Source: Candidimonas sp. | Lineage (GTDB): Bacteria > Pseudomonadota > Gammaproteobacteria > Burkholderiales > Burkholderiaceae_B | DNA length: 33,679 bases | Direction of reading: 5' to 3' | Assembly (NCBI GenBank): GCA_035514715.1 | Contig: DATJCP010000212.1 | Coordinates: 1 to 33,679 of the forward strand | Part shown: positions 1-10,800 of the stretch, piece by piece | Position numbering within the stretch: position 1 is the first letter of the stretch | Layout of the letters: each line of letters begins with the position of its first letter | Notes under the pieces: generated by a model | Seen by the model: the letters and a program-made list of their open reading frames with translations, nothing else | What the model was told of the DNA's origin: nothing | The model's database searches: none | Translations under genes and position numbers: made by a program

Positions 1-52
1 TGCGACTCCTGCGTCCCGAACGCAGTACTCTACCAGGCTGAGCTACGCCCCG
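1..52 (-). tRNA. tRNA-Pro (anticodon CGG), 3' part beyond the window edge
   Basis: The reverse complement reads CGGGGCGTAGCTCAGCCTGGTAGAGTACTGCG-TT-CGG-GA-CGCAG-GAGTCGCA. This gives a typical tRNA-Pro 5' end, a D-arm, and a CTGCG/CGCAG anticodon stem around CGG. Confidence 0.93.
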
Positions 53-121
53 ATTTCTCTTGACGCTTTGCCGCCCGGCAAACCCAACGAAGCTATCGCT
101 GCCTGGCAACAACGGGATGAT

Positions 122-1087
122 TTAGCGATCGCGTTCTACCGCGAACGAACAAAATTCTAGCAAAGATTCACAGTGAACGGAATCGGGATAATCGGCCAGC
201 GCCTGGCGGGCGAGCTCGGCTTCAGCCACGGCAGCCTGACGGGTATAGTCCAGTGCCTGAGTGTCGTGAATGGCTTGCGCCACCGCCGCAAAATCGGCCT
301 GGCCGGTACGTATGGCGTCTTGTACTAACAGCTTCTGTTCGCTGGTGCCCACTTCCATCACACGAATCAGCGGCATCGTAGGCTTGCCTTCACGCAAGTC
401 GTCGCCCACGTTCTTGCCCAGGGCTTCGACATCGCCGGTGTAATCCAGCACATCGTCGATCAACTGGAATGCCGTGCCAACATGGCGGCCATATGCAGCA
501 GCGGCGGCCTGTTGCTGCGGCGTGGCGCCTGCGACGATAGCGCCGACTTCGGCTGCCGCCTCGAATAGCTTGGCCGTTTTATAGCGCACCACCTGCAAGT
601 AACGCTCCAGAGACACGTCGGGGTCATGCACGTTCAAAAGCTGCAGAACTTCGCCTTCGGCGATAACAGTGGTTGCTCCCGACAATACCGCCATGGCCGT
701 CATGGAGTTCGATTCGACCATCATTTCAAACGAGCGCGAATACAAATAATCGCCCACCAGTACGCTAGCGGCATTGCCGAATACCGCGTTAGCCGTGTTG
801 CGGCCCCGGCGCATATCGGACTCGTCGACCACATCGTCGTGCAGCAAGGTAGCGGTATGAATGAATTCAACCACCGCAGCCAGCAAATGGTGGGTCGTGC
901 CTTGGTAACCCAGTGCCCGCGCCACCATCAGTACCATGGCCGGACGCATACGCTTGCCCCCTGCCCCGACAATGTAGTCGCCTATCGTGCGTATCAGGAC
1001 GACTTCGGAGTCCAGGCGACTGCGAATGACCGCATCGACCGCTTTCATGTCGTTTGAAATGGGGGCAATTAACTCGATAAGGTTCAA
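122..1087 (-). CDS. ispB: Octaprenyl/polyprenyl diphosphate synthase
   Basis: GGKRMRP motif, FARM motif LLHDDVVD..RRG, SARM motif FQLIDDVLD, and GKNVGDDLREGK. 321 aa, TTG start. Confidence 0.95.
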   Translation of the reverse strand: MNLIELIAPISNDMKAVDAVIRSRLDSEVVLIRTIGDYIVGAGGKRMRPAMVLMVARALGYQGTTHHLLAAVVEFIHTATLLHDDVVDESDMRRGRNTANAVFGNAASVLVGDYLYSRSFEMMVESNSMTAMAVLSGATTVIAEGEVLQLLNVHDPDVSLERYLQVVRYKTAKLFEAAAEVGAIVAGATPQQQAAAAAYGRHVGTAFQLIDDVLDYTGDVEALGKNVGDDLREGKPTMPLIRVMEVGTSEQKLLVQDAIRTGQADFAAVAQAIHDTQALDYTRQAAVAEAELARQALADYPDSVHCESLLEFCSFAVERDR

Positions 1088-1149
1088 AGCAAGGTCCGGC
1101 GTAAAGTAAGTATTGATAAGGTCGGAAGGTCGGGCCGATCAAGGATAGG

Positions 1150-1155
1150 ATTATA
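1150..1155 (-). promoter_or_regulatory. Possible sigma70 -10 element for ispB
   Basis: Perfect TATAAT on the minus strand about 60 nt upstream of the ispB start. No convincing -35 element. Confidence 0.35.
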
Positions 1156-1243
1156 CGTGACGTAAATTAAGGGGTGCCATTAACGGCCCGCCCTAAATTA
1201 GCGATAATGCTGGATTGTTTGCGATTTGTCCTAGGAGATATCT

Positions 1244-2110
1244 GTGACAGCCATTGATCTGAGCTCGCTTATTGGTCGCGCCGAACGCGTTCTGGCGCAA
1301 CTGGAAGCGTGGCTTCCCCCGGCCCCACCCGAAATAGACTGGTCGGCGCAAGCCTTCAGATGGCGCAAGCGCGGTGCGCGCGGCTGGCTCGACGCCGTAG
1401 CCAACGTCTCCACCATCAATCTGGATGATCTGCAGCATATTGAGCGTCAAAAAAACATTATTGATCGCAATACGCGGCATTTTTTACACAAAAAACCCGC
1501 CAACAACGTATTGATGACTGGCGCCCGCGGCACTGGTAAAAGCTCCTTGGTCAAGGCCATGCTGGCCGCCTACGGCGACCATGGCCTGCGCCTGATTGAG
1601 GTCGACAAAGCCGACATGGGCGATCTAGGCGACATCGTGGACCTGGTCTGCTCGCGCCCCGAACGTTTCATCATTTTTTGCGACGACCTGTCTTTCGAGG
1701 AAGGCGAACCCGGCTACAAGGCGCTGAAGTCGGTACTTGACGGCTCGGTCAGCGCGTCGGGGGACAACGTGCTTATCTATGCCACGTCCAATCGTCGGCA
1801 CCTGATGCCGGAATACATGAGCGAGAACCTCACCGCCAAACACCAAAGCGACGGCGAAATCCACCCCGGCGAAACCGTGGAAGAAAAAATATCGCTTTCG
1901 GAACGTTTTGGCCTTTGGCTCTCGTTTTATCCATTCAAACAGGATGACTACCTGGATATCGTGAACTACTGGCTGCAGGAGCACGGCTGTTCCGCCGCCG
2001 ATGTCGAAGCATCGCGCACGGAAGCGCTGCAATGGGCGCTGGAACGCGGTTCCCGGTCAGGCCGCGTGGCACGCCAGTTCGCACGCGACTGGGCCGCCCG
2101 CTATGTCTAA
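1244..2110 (+). CDS. AAA+ ATPase, DUF815 family
   Basis: Walker A GARGTGKS, Walker B IIFCDDLSF, ATSNRRHL, EEKISLSERFGL and RSGRVARQF. AGGAG RBS before the GTG start. Confidence 0.9.
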   Translation: MTAIDLSSLIGRAERVLAQLEAWLPPAPPEIDWSAQAFRWRKRGARGWLDAVANVSTINLDDLQHIERQKNIIDRNTRHFLHKKPANNVLMTGARGTGKSSLVKAMLAAYGDHGLRLIEVDKADMGDLGDIVDLVCSRPERFIIFCDDLSFEEGEPGYKALKSVLDGSVSASGDNVLIYATSNRRHLMPEYMSENLTAKHQSDGEIHPGETVEEKISLSERFGLWLSFYPFKQDDYLDIVNYWLQEHGCSAADVEASRTEALQWALERGSRSGRVARQFARDWAARYV

Positions 2111-3119
2111 ACCGTTTATCAACGTCGCCGCAGGCCTGATCCTGCGCGCCGACGGTGCCCTTTTGCTTGCCCAACGCCCCGAGGGCAAGCCCTGGTCGGG
2201 CTGGTGGGAACTACCCGGCGGCAAGATAGAGGCCGGCGAAAGCGTGCTCGAAGCGCTGGCGCGGGAACTCAAGGAAGAGTTGGACATAGACGTGACCGAG
2301 GCAACGCCCTGGGTCACCTACACGCATGAGTATGAAGTCAATATCGTACGCCTGGCATTCTGCCAGGTCACCGGCTGGACGGGTGAGCCAAAGGGCATAG
2401 AGGGACAACAGCTGGCCTGGGCAGACCCACACCAGGCATTGACGGTTGGCCCCCTGCTGCCCGCTACAGAACCGCCACTGCGATGGCTTAGGCTGCCCGA
2501 CCAATACCTGCTGACATCCATAGGCAGTAGCGCTGGACTGGCGCCATTCCTGGACAAATTGACCGGCGCGCTGCAGGCCGGCGTAAAACTGGTGCAGTTT
2601 CGAGAGCCTGGCTGGGCAACAGCAAACGAAGCCAACGCCGATATCCACGCAGCGTTTCAGCAAGTCCTGCAGCGCTGCCACGAATTCGGCGCGCGCTGCC
2701 TGGTCAATAGCTGCCATCCGGAAAACTGGTGGGCGCAAGCTGACGGGGTGCATTTCCGAGCAGCCGATGCCAATTCACCTGCAGCCATAAGCCATGCGGC
2801 CATGATCCAAGCCACCAGACCAGCCTCGGTGCCTGGCAGTGTTCCCAACGCCTCTCTACCGCTTATCGGCGTGTCGGCCCATCATGCCGACGACCTGCTT
2901 GCCGCCCTCAAGCTGAATGCCGACTTCGTGGTGCTTGGACATGTACTGGACACCCCATCTCATCCGAATGAACCCGGCATGGGCTGGCAACGGTTCGCTG
3001 AGTTGGCTCAGGAAGCCAGCCTGCCCGTGTTTGCCATAGGTGGACAATCGGCAGACACCATAAAGACTGCCCGCGAACACGGTGCGCACGGTATCGCGGG
3101 CATCAGAATGCAGGATTAA
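2103..3119 (+). CDS. mutT: Nudix hydrolase (MutT-like 8-oxo-dGTPase) fused to a thiamine-phosphate-synthase (ThiE/TenI)-like domain
   Basis: Nudix box GGKIEAGESVLEALARELKEELDI. The C-terminal half carries VQFRE, ADGVH, GVSAH, TPSHP and PVFAIGG. Start moved to ATG 2103 (MSKPFINV), which overlaps the end of the upstream gene. Confidence 0.88.
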   Translation: MSKPFINVAAGLILRADGALLLAQRPEGKPWSGWWELPGGKIEAGESVLEALARELKEELDIDVTEATPWVTYTHEYEVNIVRLAFCQVTGWTGEPKGIEGQQLAWADPHQALTVGPLLPATEPPLRWLRLPDQYLLTSIGSSAGLAPFLDKLTGALQAGVKLVQFREPGWATANEANADIHAAFQQVLQRCHEFGARCLVNSCHPENWWAQADGVHFRAADANSPAAISHAAMIQATRPASVPGSVPNASLPLIGVSAHHADDLLAALKLNADFVVLGHVLDTPSHPNEPGMGWQRFAELAQEASLPVFAIGGQSADTIKTAREHGAHGIAGIRMQD

Positions 3120-3149
3120 CGTTAACCGTAGTAATCATACAAAGCCGGT

Positions 3150-3173
3150 AAAAGGCGCCCTGGTCAGCAGGGC
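3150..3173 (-). terminator. Putative intrinsic terminator of the IclR gene
   Basis: GCCCTG/CAGGGC stem (3157-3162/3168-3173) followed on the minus strand by GCCTTTT. It lies between convergent genes. Confidence 0.5.
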
Positions 3174-3183
3174 CCATACAGCG

Positions 3184-3942
3184 CTATCGCCGATTAACCT
3201 TGTAAACCGTTTCCAGCAAAAGCGGCGAAAACTTCTCGGCATATGCCTGGGGAGTCCAGTCGCTTAAGGAGCCGGAAATATGGATCGCGGCGATAGGCGC
3301 CTGGCTGCTGTCCAAGACAGCGGCACCTAGAGCGATCTCGCCATAAGAGATTTCCTCGACAGACATCGCATACCGATTTTGCCTGGCTGTCTCGATTTCA
3401 TGCTTGATCAGCGATTTATCGGTAATTGTTTTCGACGTCAGCGCCAACATATCTGACCGAGCAAGAATATCGTCGACCTCAGGGTCTTGCAGCTTGCTTA
3501 ATATTGCCCGCCCGCCGGCGGTGCAAAATACCGGCACGCGCCTGCCAATAAGCGACGAAAAATAATATTCCATCTTCGCCTGGTGGCGCATCACGTACAC
3601 CAGTGTCGTATCGTCGAACAGACTCAGGCTGATTTTTTCTCCCGTCTTCTGGCACAGCTCGATAATCAGTGGATTGATCGATTCAACCAGGCTGTTCGCC
3701 CGCAAAAACTGAAACGTTAGATCCAGGACCTTCTTGCCCAGCCGGTAGCGCTTGGTTTGAAGATTCTTTTCCAGATACCCCAATTGCAGCAATGTGTGGG
3801 TAGAACGCTGCACACTGCTCTTGTCCTGTCCCGAAATTGCGACAAGATCGGTTAACCCCAGATCCCCATCCGATTTCTCAAAACACTGCAGTACATGAAG
3901 CGCTTTCCCTACGGAAGCTATGTTCAATGAGTCGGCTTTCAT
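3184..3942 (-). CDS. IclR-family transcriptional regulator
   Basis: N-terminal HTH (SVGKALHVLQCF...KSSVQRSTHTLLQLGYL) and IclR effector-domain motif GRRVPVFCTAGGRAILS. 252 aa. Confidence 0.92.
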   Translation of the reverse strand: MKADSLNIASVGKALHVLQCFEKSDGDLGLTDLVAISGQDKSSVQRSTHTLLQLGYLEKNLQTKRYRLGKKVLDLTFQFLRANSLVESINPLIIELCQKTGEKISLSLFDDTTLVYVMRHQAKMEYYFSSLIGRRVPVFCTAGGRAILSKLQDPEVDDILARSDMLALTSKTITDKSLIKHEIETARQNRYAMSVEEISYGEIALGAAVLDSSQAPIAAIHISGSLSDWTPQAYAEKFSPLLLETVYKVNRR

Positions 3943-3982
3943 TGTTTTCCCTAATTGACGGCTCAGTAAAAACCCAATAATC

Positions 3983-4017
3983 TGATATCAAATATCGTAT
4001 AGCAATATTTTATATCA
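3983..4017. promoter_or_regulatory. Imperfect palindrome, likely operator of the divergent IclR regulator
   Basis: TGATATCAAATAT-N9-ATATTTTATATCA (arms 12/13 complementary) in the AT-rich divergent promoter region. Confidence 0.6.
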
Positions 4018-4051
4018 AGTATAAATAGCTTTTTTATTACAAGGCATTGGA

Positions 4052-5212
4052 ATGACCAATAACACACAGTCCATCACCAGTTGGTTGGCAAGTCAGCAAG
4101 ACAACATGCTTGGGTTACTTGAAGACCTCGTCAACATTGACTCCAACAGCTACGATAAGCCGGGTGTTATCAACGTCTTCAAGCGCCTTGAAACGTTTTT
4201 TAACACGTTCGGACTCCAGGTTACCTGGCACGAACATGAAGGCATCAAAAATGCCATTTCCGTAGAAGTCGCCAGCCAGCACGAAACCAGCAACAAACCC
4301 ATCTTGCTAATGGGTCACTGCGACACGGTTTACCCCAAGGGCGAAACTCAAAAAAGGCCTTATACACAAGTGGGCGACCGGGCTTACGGCCCAGGCGTAG
4401 CCGACATGAAAGCCGGTATTGCCATGAACGCTTTTATTTTGGCTGCCCATGCCAAGTTCGGCGGCACCCATTCGCCCCTGATCGGATTATTCACCAACGA
4501 CGAAGAAATCGGTTCACCAACCTCCAAGTTCATCATTGAAGAGTTTGCGAAGAAAGCTGGAACCGTATTCAACTCCGAACCCGGAAGAGCCAACGGTGAT
4601 GTGGTAACGGGACGCAAGGGCGGGGTTTTCTTTGAGCTGGAAATTTTCGGCAAAGCCGCTCATTCTGGCGCCAACTTTTCTGAAGGCATCAGCGCCATCA
4701 ATGAAATGGCACACAAAATCATTCAGCTCGACAAACTGACTGATCTGGAAAAAGGCGTAACGGTAAATGTGGGCCTAGTTTCTGGCGGCCAGTCGGTGAA
4801 TACCACCGCGCCTTATGCCAAAGCAGGCATCGACCTGCGGATCTTCACCCTTGAAGACCGAGAAAAACTCTTCAAGGAAATTACAGCCATTGCCGAAACG
4901 AACTACGTTCCGGGCACCCGCTCAGAACTAAAAATCATTGGCGAATTCCGGCCTTTCGTAAAAACGCCCGCATCCAACCAGTTATATGAGCTTTACCGCG
5001 ACTCCCTGCAAACGCTGGGCCATACCGCTGGTGAACAGTTCAGTGGTGGTTGTGCTGATTCTGGCATTACCTCCAGCCTGGGGTGCACCACCGTATGTGC
5101 TACTGGTCCGGTAGGAGGCAAGCCGCACACACTGGACGAATACATAGAAATCGACACCTTTGTACCTCGGGCCCAAGCCATTGCGCTCACCATTTCCCGC
5201 CTGCCGGCTTGA
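4052..5212 (+). CDS. M20 metallopeptidase (glutamate carboxypeptidase G2-like)
   Basis: Metal ligand motifs GHCDTV, GPGVADMKAG, DEEIGS, NSEP and C-terminal PHT. Dimerisation domain GKAAHSG. No signal peptide seen. Confidence 0.9.
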   Translation: MTNNTQSITSWLASQQDNMLGLLEDLVNIDSNSYDKPGVINVFKRLETFFNTFGLQVTWHEHEGIKNAISVEVASQHETSNKPILLMGHCDTVYPKGETQKRPYTQVGDRAYGPGVADMKAGIAMNAFILAAHAKFGGTHSPLIGLFTNDEEIGSPTSKFIIEEFAKKAGTVFNSEPGRANGDVVTGRKGGVFFELEIFGKAAHSGANFSEGISAINEMAHKIIQLDKLTDLEKGVTVNVGLVSGGQSVNTTAPYAKAGIDLRIFTLEDREKLFKEITAIAETNYVPGTRSELKIIGEFRPFVKTPASNQLYELYRDSLQTLGHTAGEQFSGGCADSGITSSLGCTTVCATGPVGGKPHTLDEYIEIDTFVPRAQAIALTISRLPA

Positions 5213-5266
5213 ATTTGAATACGCGCTTACCCATTACCCCTGTCAATTAACCTACGGTCTAACCAA

Positions 5267-6280
5267 ATGAACACCACTGGCATTCGCTTGAACACACTCT
5301 TCTTGAAGTCCTTTGCCATTAGCCTAGGCTTGGCATTGGCGCCTCTGTCATCCGCTACAGCAAGCTCCTATCCATCGGCACCTGTGTCACTGATGGTGCC
5401 CTACCCCGCTGGCGGCCCCAGCGATGTCAGCGCCCGCATCCTGAGCGGCCCCATCAGCAATGCGTTGGGCGCCCAGGTTGTTGTCGAAAACCTGGGAGGA
5501 GCAACAGGCACCATTGCTGCCGCAAAAGTCCTGAACAGCAAAGCAGATGGCTACATCATTTTCCAAGGCACCCAAAACGAACTGATTCTGCCACCGCTTA
5601 CCAACAAAGCGGTTCGCTACCAGCCAGAAGAGTTTGAAAGTCTGCAACCCATTACGGTTACCCCGTTGGTGCTGCTCGTACGGTCTGACTTGCCAGTCAG
5701 TACTCCAGCAGAGTTCCTGGAGCTGGCTGCAAAAAAAACCAGCACCGACTCCTTGACGTACGGCACCGTTGGCGTTGGCTCTCTCTATCACCTGATTACC
5801 GAACAAATTGCCAAAACAGCAGGTGTGCCGCTGACCCATGTCCCATACAAGGGCACAGCTCCCGTTGTCCAGGACTTATCCGGCGGCCAAATCGATTTTT
5901 CCATCATGCCCTTCCAGGCATCGATGAAAGAAATGGCCAAAAGCGGTCGTTTCAAGATTATTGCGGTCATGTCCAAGCACAAGCCTGAAATCTTGAAAGA
6001 CGTCCCCAGCATTACAGAGACAGCCGCGCTTAAAGATTTCGATTACGCCAGCTATGCCGGTTACTTCGTAAAAAAGGGAACACCCAAGGATGTCAGTGAA
6101 AAGCTGAACAAGGCGATTGGTACGGCACTGACCAACCCGGAAGTCATTGCCAAGTTGGAGGCTGACGGCCGCGAAGTCGCCAAGCCCATGCCCCTGGAAG
6201 AAGCGCAGGCCGCCTACGCCGTGGAAGTCAACAAGTACAAAGACATTATCAAGACCACAGGTTTCAAGCCAGCCGATTAA
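5267..6280 (+). CDS. Bug/TctC-family tripartite tricarboxylate transporter substrate-binding protein
   Basis: Signal peptide, then YPSAPVSLMVPYPAGGPSD..AR, VVVENLGGATG and HVPYKG. Confidence 0.92.
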   Translation: MNTTGIRLNTLFLKSFAISLGLALAPLSSATASSYPSAPVSLMVPYPAGGPSDVSARILSGPISNALGAQVVVENLGGATGTIAAAKVLNSKADGYIIFQGTQNELILPPLTNKAVRYQPEEFESLQPITVTPLVLLVRSDLPVSTPAEFLELAAKKTSTDSLTYGTVGVGSLYHLITEQIAKTAGVPLTHVPYKGTAPVVQDLSGGQIDFSIMPFQASMKEMAKSGRFKIIAVMSKHKPEILKDVPSITETAALKDFDYASYAGYFVKKGTPKDVSEKLNKAIGTALTNPEVIAKLEADGREVAKPMPLEEAQAAYAVEVNKYKDIIKTTGFKPAD

Positions 6281-6305
6281 TCTGGTTAACTTAGCTGGTC
6301 TTTAA

Positions 6306-6331
6306 CGCCGCAACGCATCAACGTTGCGGCG
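6306..6331. terminator. Perfect 10-bp hairpin at the convergent Bug / OMF gene ends
   Basis: CGCCGCAACG-catcaa-CGTTGCGGCG. The OMF stop codon lies in the loop and U-tracts are weak. Confidence 0.5.
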
Positions 6332-7823
6332 CTTCCCAACCGCCACCCAGCGCTGCAATCAATTGCACACTGGCAACCAGGCGATCCGCCGTCAGCTGCA
6401 ACGCTGCGCGCTCCGTACCCAGCGCGGTGGTTTCCACCTGCACCACACTTAAATAATCGATCAGCCCCGCTTCATACTGGTTTTGCGTCAGGCGCAAAGA
6501 CTCGCGTGCGGCATCAAGCGCGCGGCCCTGGGTAATCTGTTCCTGCCCCAGGACATGCAATTGCACCAAGTAATCTTCGACCTCGCGCAGCGCCGTCAGC
6601 ACCGTCAGTCGATACGCGGCAACCTGGGCGTCATATCCGGCACGAGCCTGGTCAAGCTGCGCCTGCCTGGCGCCCCCATCGAATATCGTCAAAGCCAGCG
6701 CCGGCCCCAGCGACCAGAAGCTAGCAGGCGCCGCTAACCATTGAGTCCATTGCCCACTGCGAAACCCTGCCTGTGCGCTCAAGGTCAAATCAGGGAACCA
6801 GGCCGCCTGTGCCACACCGATCTTGGCATTGGCTTCGGCGGTGCGGCGCTCGGCTGCTGCCACATCCGGGCGCCGCTCAAGCAGTTGAGAAGGCAAGCCA
6901 ACCGGAATGATAGGCACGGTACCCAGTATCTGCGCCGTATTCATTGCAAAGCTCGACGGCGGCAAGCCCACCAGTACGGCAATCGCATGCTCAAGCTGCG
7001 CGCGCTGCCAATCCAGCGCCAGCAATTGCGTGCGCGTATTCTCCAACTGGGTGCGCGACACCGCCACCTCCGCTTGCGCCGCGACGCCCGCTTGATAGCG
7101 ATTCATCGTCATCGTCAGGGACCGCTCGTAAGCTTCCACCGTTTGCAGCAGCAAACGCTGCTCTGCGTCCATGACGCGCAAACGGAAGTAAGTCTGCGCC
7201 AGCGTGGACTGCATGCTTAGGCGTGTATTGGCGACATCGGCCGCGCTGGCTTCCAGGCTGGCACTGCTGGACTCGACAGTACGGCGTACCTTGCCCCACA
7301 GGTCGGCCTCCCAGCTAACGTTACCGCTTAGGGTGAATTGATTGTTGGTGCTATCGCCGAACGACGTTGAACCACTATCGCCGCCGCCATTGTTACCGAC
7401 ACCCGAGCGCGTAGCCGAAACCGAGGTTCCAACGGTAGGAAAAAAACCTGACCGGGCAGACTGCAGCAGAGCCTGCGCCTGGCGATACTGCGCTTCGGCC
7501 TGCACAATACTTAGATTGGCGCTTTGCAGCTGCTCCATCAAGCCGCTAAGAATAGAATCATTGAACAACTGCCACCAGTCGCCACGCAATGCCGTATCGC
7601 TGGGCTGCGCCACTACCCATCCGGGTACTGCACTGGCATCTTGCGCCATTCCGCTGCGCGCCCCACCGAGATTGCCGGCTTCCTTGTAAGAGGTTCCCAC
7701 ATCCAGATCCGGCTGCCGATAGTCGGGCCCCACCGCACAAGCGCTCAGCAACAGCAAGCCTGAGGCAGCGATAGGTTTCCAGCCAGCACCCCTGGCAAGA
7801 TTCAATAAAGCAAGAATAGTCAT
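6318..7823 (-). CDS. Outer-membrane efflux lipoprotein (NodT/OprM/OMF family)
   Basis: Lipobox LSAC-AVGPDY, WEADLWG, GLPSQLLERRPDVAAAER and LIAALGGGW. ATGA overlap with the mdtC stop. Confidence 0.93.
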   Translation of the reverse strand: MTILALLNLARGAGWKPIAASGLLLLSACAVGPDYRQPDLDVGTSYKEAGNLGGARSGMAQDASAVPGWVVAQPSDTALRGDWWQLFNDSILSGLMEQLQSANLSIVQAEAQYRQAQALLQSARSGFFPTVGTSVSATRSGVGNNGGGDSGSTSFGDSTNNQFTLSGNVSWEADLWGKVRRTVESSSASLEASAADVANTRLSMQSTLAQTYFRLRVMDAEQRLLLQTVEAYERSLTMTMNRYQAGVAAQAEVAVSRTQLENTRTQLLALDWQRAQLEHAIAVLVGLPPSSFAMNTAQILGTVPIIPVGLPSQLLERRPDVAAAERRTAEANAKIGVAQAAWFPDLTLSAQAGFRSGQWTQWLAAPASFWSLGPALALTIFDGGARQAQLDQARAGYDAQVAAYRLTVLTALREVEDYLVQLHVLGQEQITQGRALDAARESLRLTQNQYEAGLIDYLSVVQVETTALGTERAALQLTADRLVASVQLIAALGGGWEAPQR

Positions 7824-10800
7824 CTAGTATCCAAATGCCCTTCAACTGACTGATTTTTATTTCCCCGCTTACGCTGCGCCCATAAACGAAAACGATCCAG
7901 GTACAGATAAACCACCGGTGTGGTGTACAGAGTAAGAATCTGGCTAAGAATCAGGCCACCCACAATGGTCAAGCCCAAAGGCCGGCGCATCTCAACCCCG
8001 GCGCCCGAAGCCAGCACCAGCGGCAGCGCGCCGAACAAGGCGGAAACCGTAGTCATCATGATGGGGCGAAACCGCACCAGGCAAGCCTGATAGATAGCTT
8101 CACGCGAAGAAAGGCCGTCGCGGCGCTCGGCCTGCAAGGCAAAATCCACCATCATGATGGCGTTTTTCTTGACGATGCCTATCAGCAGGAACACCCCAAT
8201 CAACGCGATCAGCGTGAACTCTTCACCCAGCATGATTAGCGCCAGCAATGCCCCGATGCCCGCCGACGGCAGCGTAGACAAGATCGTAATGGGATGCACA
8301 TAGCTTTCGTACAGTATCCCCAGGACGATATACATCGTCACCAAGGCTGCCAGTATCAGCCAGGGCTGCTGGCTCACAGCGGCTTGCATGGCCTGGGCCG
8401 TCCCCATGAGCCCCGCTTGTATCTCATTGGTAGGCAACCCGGTACGGGCGACCGCATCATCAATGGCGCGGGTCGCCTGGTCCAACGACACGCCAGGCGC
8501 CAAGCTGAACGAGATCGAATCGGCCGCGAACAAGCCCTCATGGCTCACACTAAGGGGAGCGTTGCCCACTTCAAAACGGGCAAATGCAGACAAAGGCACA
8601 CGGCTGCCGTCCGCGGTAACCACTTCGACTCGTTTCAAAGATTCCGCGTCCTGCGCATACCGCTCATCCACGCCCATGACCACATGGTATTGATTCAACG
8701 GCCCATAAATGACAGACACCTGGCGCTGGCTGAATGAGTTATTCAGCACTGAAGAAATCAGCGACATATTCACCCCCAGCCGGGTTGCCGCATCGCGGTC
8801 TATCACCAGTTCTACGCGCCGGCCCTTGTCTTCCACATCGGTATCGACGTCGACCAGTTCGGGCAGAGCCTGCAAAGCCCTTTGCACTATCGGCAGCCAG
8901 GTTTTAAGCAGCGTCAGGTCGCTGGCCATCAAGGTGTAGTCATAAGAGCCAGAACTACTCTGGCGGCCGACGAAAATATCCTGCTGGGGCACAAGTATCA
9001 GGCGCGCGCCCGGCACGCCCGTGAACTTGCTGCGCAAGCGATTGACCACGTCATTCGCGCTCACATCGCGCTCGGACAAGGGCTTTAGCTGGATTTGCAT
9101 GAAACTGGAATTGCTGCCACCCCGCCCGCCGGCGTAGCCGCTTACGCTTTGGATGGCGGGATCTTGCAGCAAGGTTTGCCTGAAGCGGTCCAGCTTAGGG
9201 AGCATGGCCTGAAACGACGTGCCCTGATCGACCCGGAAAAAACCCAACAACTGTCCAGTATCCTGCTGTGGGAAAAAGCCCTTGGGCACGACGGCGTACA
9301 AGTAAAAATTAAGTCCAATGGTGGCGGCCAGCAGCAACATCATGATACGGCCATGCGCCAGCGACCAGGCCAGCGACCGTTTATAGCCGCCCCAGAATTT
9401 TTCGCCCAGGGCCTGGAAAACGCGCGTCAGCGCCCCCCTCTTACGGGGCTTGTACTCGGTTTTGGCACGCAGAATATAAGCGCACATCATCGGGGTCAGC
9501 GTCACCGACAGCAACAGGGATATCAGGATGGATACCGACAACGTAACGGCAAACTCCCTGAACAAGCGCCCCGGCAAGCCGCCCATCAGCAGCATGGGAA
9601 TAAACACCGCAACCAAAGACAGGCTCATGGCCAAGACTGTAAAGCCGACCTCTTTGACGCCGCGTATGGCGGCGCGCAACGGCGCCATACCCTTTTCAAT
9701 ATGGCGCATGATGTTTTCAAGCACGACGATGGCATCGTCCACCACAAAGCCGGTGGCGACTATCAGCGCCATCAGTGAAATCGTGTTCAAGGTATAGCCG
9801 AACCACAGCATCAGACTGAAGGTGGTGATCAGCGACGCCGGCACCGCGATTGCCGGAATCAGCGCCGCGCGTATATTGCGCAAGAACAGCAATACCACCA
9901 GCACCACCAGAATGATGGCAATCACCAGGGTGAGTTCGGCTTCATGCAACGACGCCCGTATGCTGGGGGTGCGGTCCTGGGCCACAGTCAGGACAACATC
10001 GGCGGGCAGCAAGGCCTCGAAGGCCGGAAGCTGGTTGCGTATGGCGTCTACCGTCTCAATGATGTTGGCATCGGCCTGCCGCCGGATAACCAGCAGTACG
10101 GCCCGCTGATCATTAAGAAAGCCGGTATTGAAAAGATCTTCGACCGAATCCTCGACAGTGGCTACGTCCTGCACGCGTATCGGCGAGCCATCACGCCACG
10201 CTACGATCAAGGGCCGGTATTGCGCCGCTTTGTTTAATTGCCCGCCCGAACTGACTTGCCAGTGATACTGGTCGTTTTCCACCACCCCATTGGGGCGCAT
10301 GGTGTTGGCATTGGACAATGCGGTACGCACCTCGTCCAACGAAACACCCGCATTGGTCAGCGCCTGCGGATTCAGGCTTACACGAATGGCCGGCAACGAG
10401 CTGCCGCCCACCTGCACTTCCCCTACCCCCGGCACCTGCGATACCTTCTGCCCCAGCACCGTCGAGGCCAGGTCATACAAGCGGCCCTGAGTCGATGTCT
10501 TGGAGGTCAGGGCAAGCACCATGACGGGCGACGAAGCCGGATTGACCTTGCGATAAGTGGGATTGCTGCGCAGGCTGGAAGGCAACATGCTGCGCGCCGC
10601 ATTAATGGCCGCCTGCACATCGCGCGCGGCCCCATTGATGTCCTTGTCCATATCGAACACCAAGGAAATACGCGTAGACCCTTCCGTGCTGCGCGAACTC
10701 ATTTCACTAAGGCCCGCAATAGCGCCCAGCGATTGCTCCAGCGGTGTCGCCACGCTCGAAGCCATGGTCTCGGGGCTGGCGCCGGCCAGGCTCGCCGACA

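Noticed and set aside
1-121. tRNA as an integration site
   Set aside because: The tRNA 3' end lies outside the window, and no integrase or att duplication is visible.
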